Of a stretch of DNA of 64,000 nt, positions 63,350-64,000 are shown in pieces. A program made the position numbers and the translations under genes. The notes beneath the pieces are model-generated. The model ran no database searches. It saw only the letters and a list, made by a program, of their open reading frames with translations, and had not been told where the DNA came from. Source of the stretch: Antedon mediterranea (lineage: Eukaryota > Animalia > Echinodermata); contig NC_092671.1 of assembly GCF_964355755.1 (NCBI RefSeq), positions 6,324,001-6,388,000 on the forward strand, read 5' to 3'. How positions within the stretch are numbered: the first letter of the stretch is position 1; every line of letters starts with the position of its first letter.

Positions 63350-64000
63350 CTGTGAACAAAAAAATAATAATAGAAATAATGATAATAAAATAAATAATTA
63401 TACAGTATTCCAAATCAAGACCAGATTGAAGAAACTAAAATAACATTTCAATTGTGCATATGTTATGTTTTACAATAACAAATACAGTAAGCCCCAAAAC
63501 TAGAATTTGGAAATTGAATATTGCGATTTCTGGAAATACAGATGTTTAGGCTTTGGGAGTATTAATGATTTAGATTCCAAAAGTTGTGATGCCCCAATCT
63601 TGAAAATAGGTGATAGATTATACCTGCTTAATTTTAATTCTAGATGGAAGATCCACTGGAAACATACTCAGGGTGAGTATATCAAAATGATATAAAACAG
63701 ACCTGGAAAAGAATAAAAAAACAAACAAATGAAAATATAATCATAGCAATACCTACTGTAGTTCATAATAAAAACACACAAGTACAGTAGATTAAAGGGG
63801 CTTTTACACCTGGTGCAGCAGGGTCGGCAAAAATAAAATCGAAAGTCATTGTTTTGTTTACACGCGGCTACATGCATATCGATTGGTGTATAGCCACGTG
63901 GAGCGTCGTGAACTGAGGTTAGATTTTTCTGCCTGCCTTTGGATGTTGCTTTTAGGCGCAAACATATATTTTGTATATATTCAGAGACATGTTTTTGTTA

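Noticed and set aside
63507-63961. ORF-track entries at the window end as kinase exons
   Set aside because: No kinase or RCC1 motifs; they appear intronic or repeat-derived.

Overview
AT-rich, intron-rich invertebrate animal genomic DNA, not prokaryotic; the repeat landscape suggests an echinoderm or other deuterostome, but this is a weak inference. Seven protein-coding genes were reconstructed by hand from GT-AG splice sites with phase checks. (1-3) Three tandem minus-strand paralogues (C, A, B; 3111-17882) of an unrecognised type I membrane protein family: signal peptide, ~130-aa domain ending YFWYDV, 6-Cys module, Thr-rich stalk, TM with G-C/F-I-C, basic tail. (4) A plus-strand Reeler-mucin-SEA-EGF-TM protein (22149-30132). 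(5) Its diverged SEA-like-EGF-TM paralogue (34771-40844). (6) A NIT-domain membrane guanylyl cyclase (41905-46735). (7) The 3' part of a NEK8/NEK9-like RCC1-repeat gene (63349-52096, minus strand) ending in a CaaX box. Mobile DNA includes a rearranged, near-palindromic Academ-like transposon whose terminal TAG is the stop codon of gene C, tiny palindromes with 7-8 bp duplications resembling P-element excision footprints, two TTAA-flanked MITE families, hAT and Harbinger MITEs, Helentron-like elements, LINE 3' fragments, SINEs and several minisatellites. All family assignments come from recalled motifs; no search was run.
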